From Octopus sinensis (lineage: Eukaryota), in assembly GCF_006345805.1 (NCBI RefSeq), contig NC_043021.1, forward strand, positions 18,228,001 to 18,292,000: a DNA stretch of 64,000 bases. Direction: 5' to 3'. A program made the translations under genes and the position numbers. The notes under the pieces were generated by a model. That model did no database searches, was not told the DNA's origin, and worked only from the letters and a program-made list of their open reading frames with translations. Shown in pieces: positions 62,385 through 64,000 of this stretch (position 1 is the stretch's first letter; every line of letters begins with the position of its first letter).

Positions 62385-62645
62385 ATTACTCTCTCTCTCC
62401 CTCCCTCTCTCTCTCTCCTTACTCTGTCATTATCGATTACTCCCTCCCTCTTATTACCAGTATCAGTCACTCTCTCTTTATCTCTCTCCCTCTTATCACC
62501 CTGCCAGTGTCGGTCACTCTCTCTTTATTACTCTCTCTCTCTCTCTCCCTCTCTCCTTACTCTGTCATTATCGATTACTCCCTCCCTCTTATTACCAGTG
62601 TCGGTCACTCTCTCTTTATTTCTCTCTCTCTCTCTCTCTCTCTTC
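62385..62645. repeat. ~125-bp tandem duplication with (CT)n, forming the acceptor tract of exon 62656
   Basis: CCTTACTCTGTCATTATCGATTACTCCCTCCCTCTTATTACCAGT occurs twice. Confidence 0.88.
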
Positions 62646-62655
62646 TATATCCCAG

Positions 62656-62767
62656 TATGACAATCTTCATTGATGGTTTAGTCCTGTCAAAAACTTCCAA
62701 AGATGTTCTAACCGAAATTCCTCAAGTCGACATCCACTTTGATGATAATTCTATATTTTATATTGAA
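62656..62767 (+). CDS. BLTP2: BLTP2 exon (MTIFIDGLVLSKTSKDVLTEIPQVDIHFDDNSIFYIE), the last exon seen in the window
   Basis: (CT)n-tatcccag / gtaagt, 112 nt, phase 2->0. Compare human CPELAAGFDGNSIFNFK. Confidence 0.9.
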
Positions 62768-63451
62768 GTAAGTTCATTTTCTTGTTTTTTTCACTCTCCT
62801 TTTCCTACCTTTAATATCTCCTTCTCCTCCTCCTCCTGATATCTTTCTGTTACATCATCATCATCATCATCATCGTTTAGCATCCGTTTTCCATGCTAGC
62901 ATGGGTTGGACGGTTCTACTGGGGTCTGTGAAGCCAGAAGGCTTCATCAGGCCCAGTCAAATCTGGCAGTGTTTCTACGGCTGGATGCCCTTCCTAACGG
63001 TGGTAGTTGTATGAGTGGTGGTGATGGTAGTAGTAGTAGTAATAATGGTGTTGATTGTATGATTGATAGTGATGGTGTTGGTGATAGGAGTTTACAGGCA
63101 ATGGTGGGAGTGATGGTAGTTGTAGATGTTACTTTAGTGATGATGACAATGATGATGATGATAATAATATTAGTTGTATTAGTGATGATGATGATGTTGG
63201 TGGTAGTGTAGGAATTATGGGTGAAATAAGCATCAGAGATACTGAGCCCCATGCAGAAACTGCAGGGGCTACTCAGAGGTTTCGCAAGCTCTTCTCAATC
63301 CATTGCAAAGCTGGAAACCCTTCCATGTCACCAGCTGCCATCTCAGGATTACAAACAATTTTTTACTCTTTAGCCTGTACACTTTGTCGGGCAACAAGGA
63401 CTGAGCCAGTCCTCACCTGCAGAAGGGTTCCACTTGCAGTCTCTTATCAAC

Positions 63452-63630
63452 CTATTTCTTTACTACCCACAAGGGGCTAAACACAGAGGGGACAAGCAAG
63501 GACAGACAAACGGATTAAGTCGATTACATCGACCCCAGTGCGTAACTGGTACTTAATTTATCGACCCCGAAAGGATGAAAGGCAAAGTCGACCTCGGCGG
63601 AATTTGAACTCACAATGTAACGGCAGCCGA
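63452..63630 (-). mobile_element. SINE family B (head truncated)
   Basis: Same core. Confidence 0.85.
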
Positions 63631-64000
63631 AAACCATGACCATCTTGAGTTTGTTTCAGCTGCTGTGCTTATCTCCTTGATGACTTTCTTCAGTTTGTCT
63701 GGTTTTCAGACTTATATTTGGCAAAAACTAGGGCCCAGACCCAGTCTGAAAAGCCACAGCAGCTGACTTCAATGAGGAATGAGGCTGCATGCCATCCCTC
63801 AGCAGGGGCCTCATCGACTAAATCCCGATATTTCTTTTTCTTTACCTGGTGGGAAATTTCGAGTTTGTTCTCCCAGGGCATTGTGAGTTTGACCGCAATG
63901 ATTGTTTTCGGTAGCAGTAGTAATGGTGACGGAGTAATAACAGCAGTACTTCAGTACTAGTGGTTGTGGTGGGAGAGACCGAGTACTGGTGCTATGTCAA

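Overview
AT-rich, repeat-dense animal genomic DNA, most likely from an octopus. This is inferred from the tRNA-derived SINE families, RTE/CR1 LINE remnants and abundant microsatellites; no database was searched. The main content is the 5' part of one large plus-strand gene that I recognise as BLTP2 (KIAA0100/hobbit, bridge-like lipid transfer protein). I assembled 19 GT-AG exons by hand (11007-62767, 2233 nt). They join in a single phase-consistent open frame of about 744 codons that follows the N-terminal third of human BLTP2 and fly Hobbit, as recalled from memory. The gene continues beyond the window, and its extreme N-terminal (membrane-anchor) exons could not be identified with confidence. 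The introns contain many SINEs, 5'-truncated RTE and CR1 LINEs, piggyBac-, hAT- and Tc1/mariner-type MITEs, two Helitron-type elements, Penelope-type minimal hammerhead-ribozyme motifs, a SINE-interrupted ~270-bp palindrome, and a ~3-kb almost C-free GGT/GAT higher-order tandem array. Almost all ORFs in the supplied track are artefacts of SINEs or microsatellites. No rRNA, genuine tRNA gene or CRISPR array is supported.
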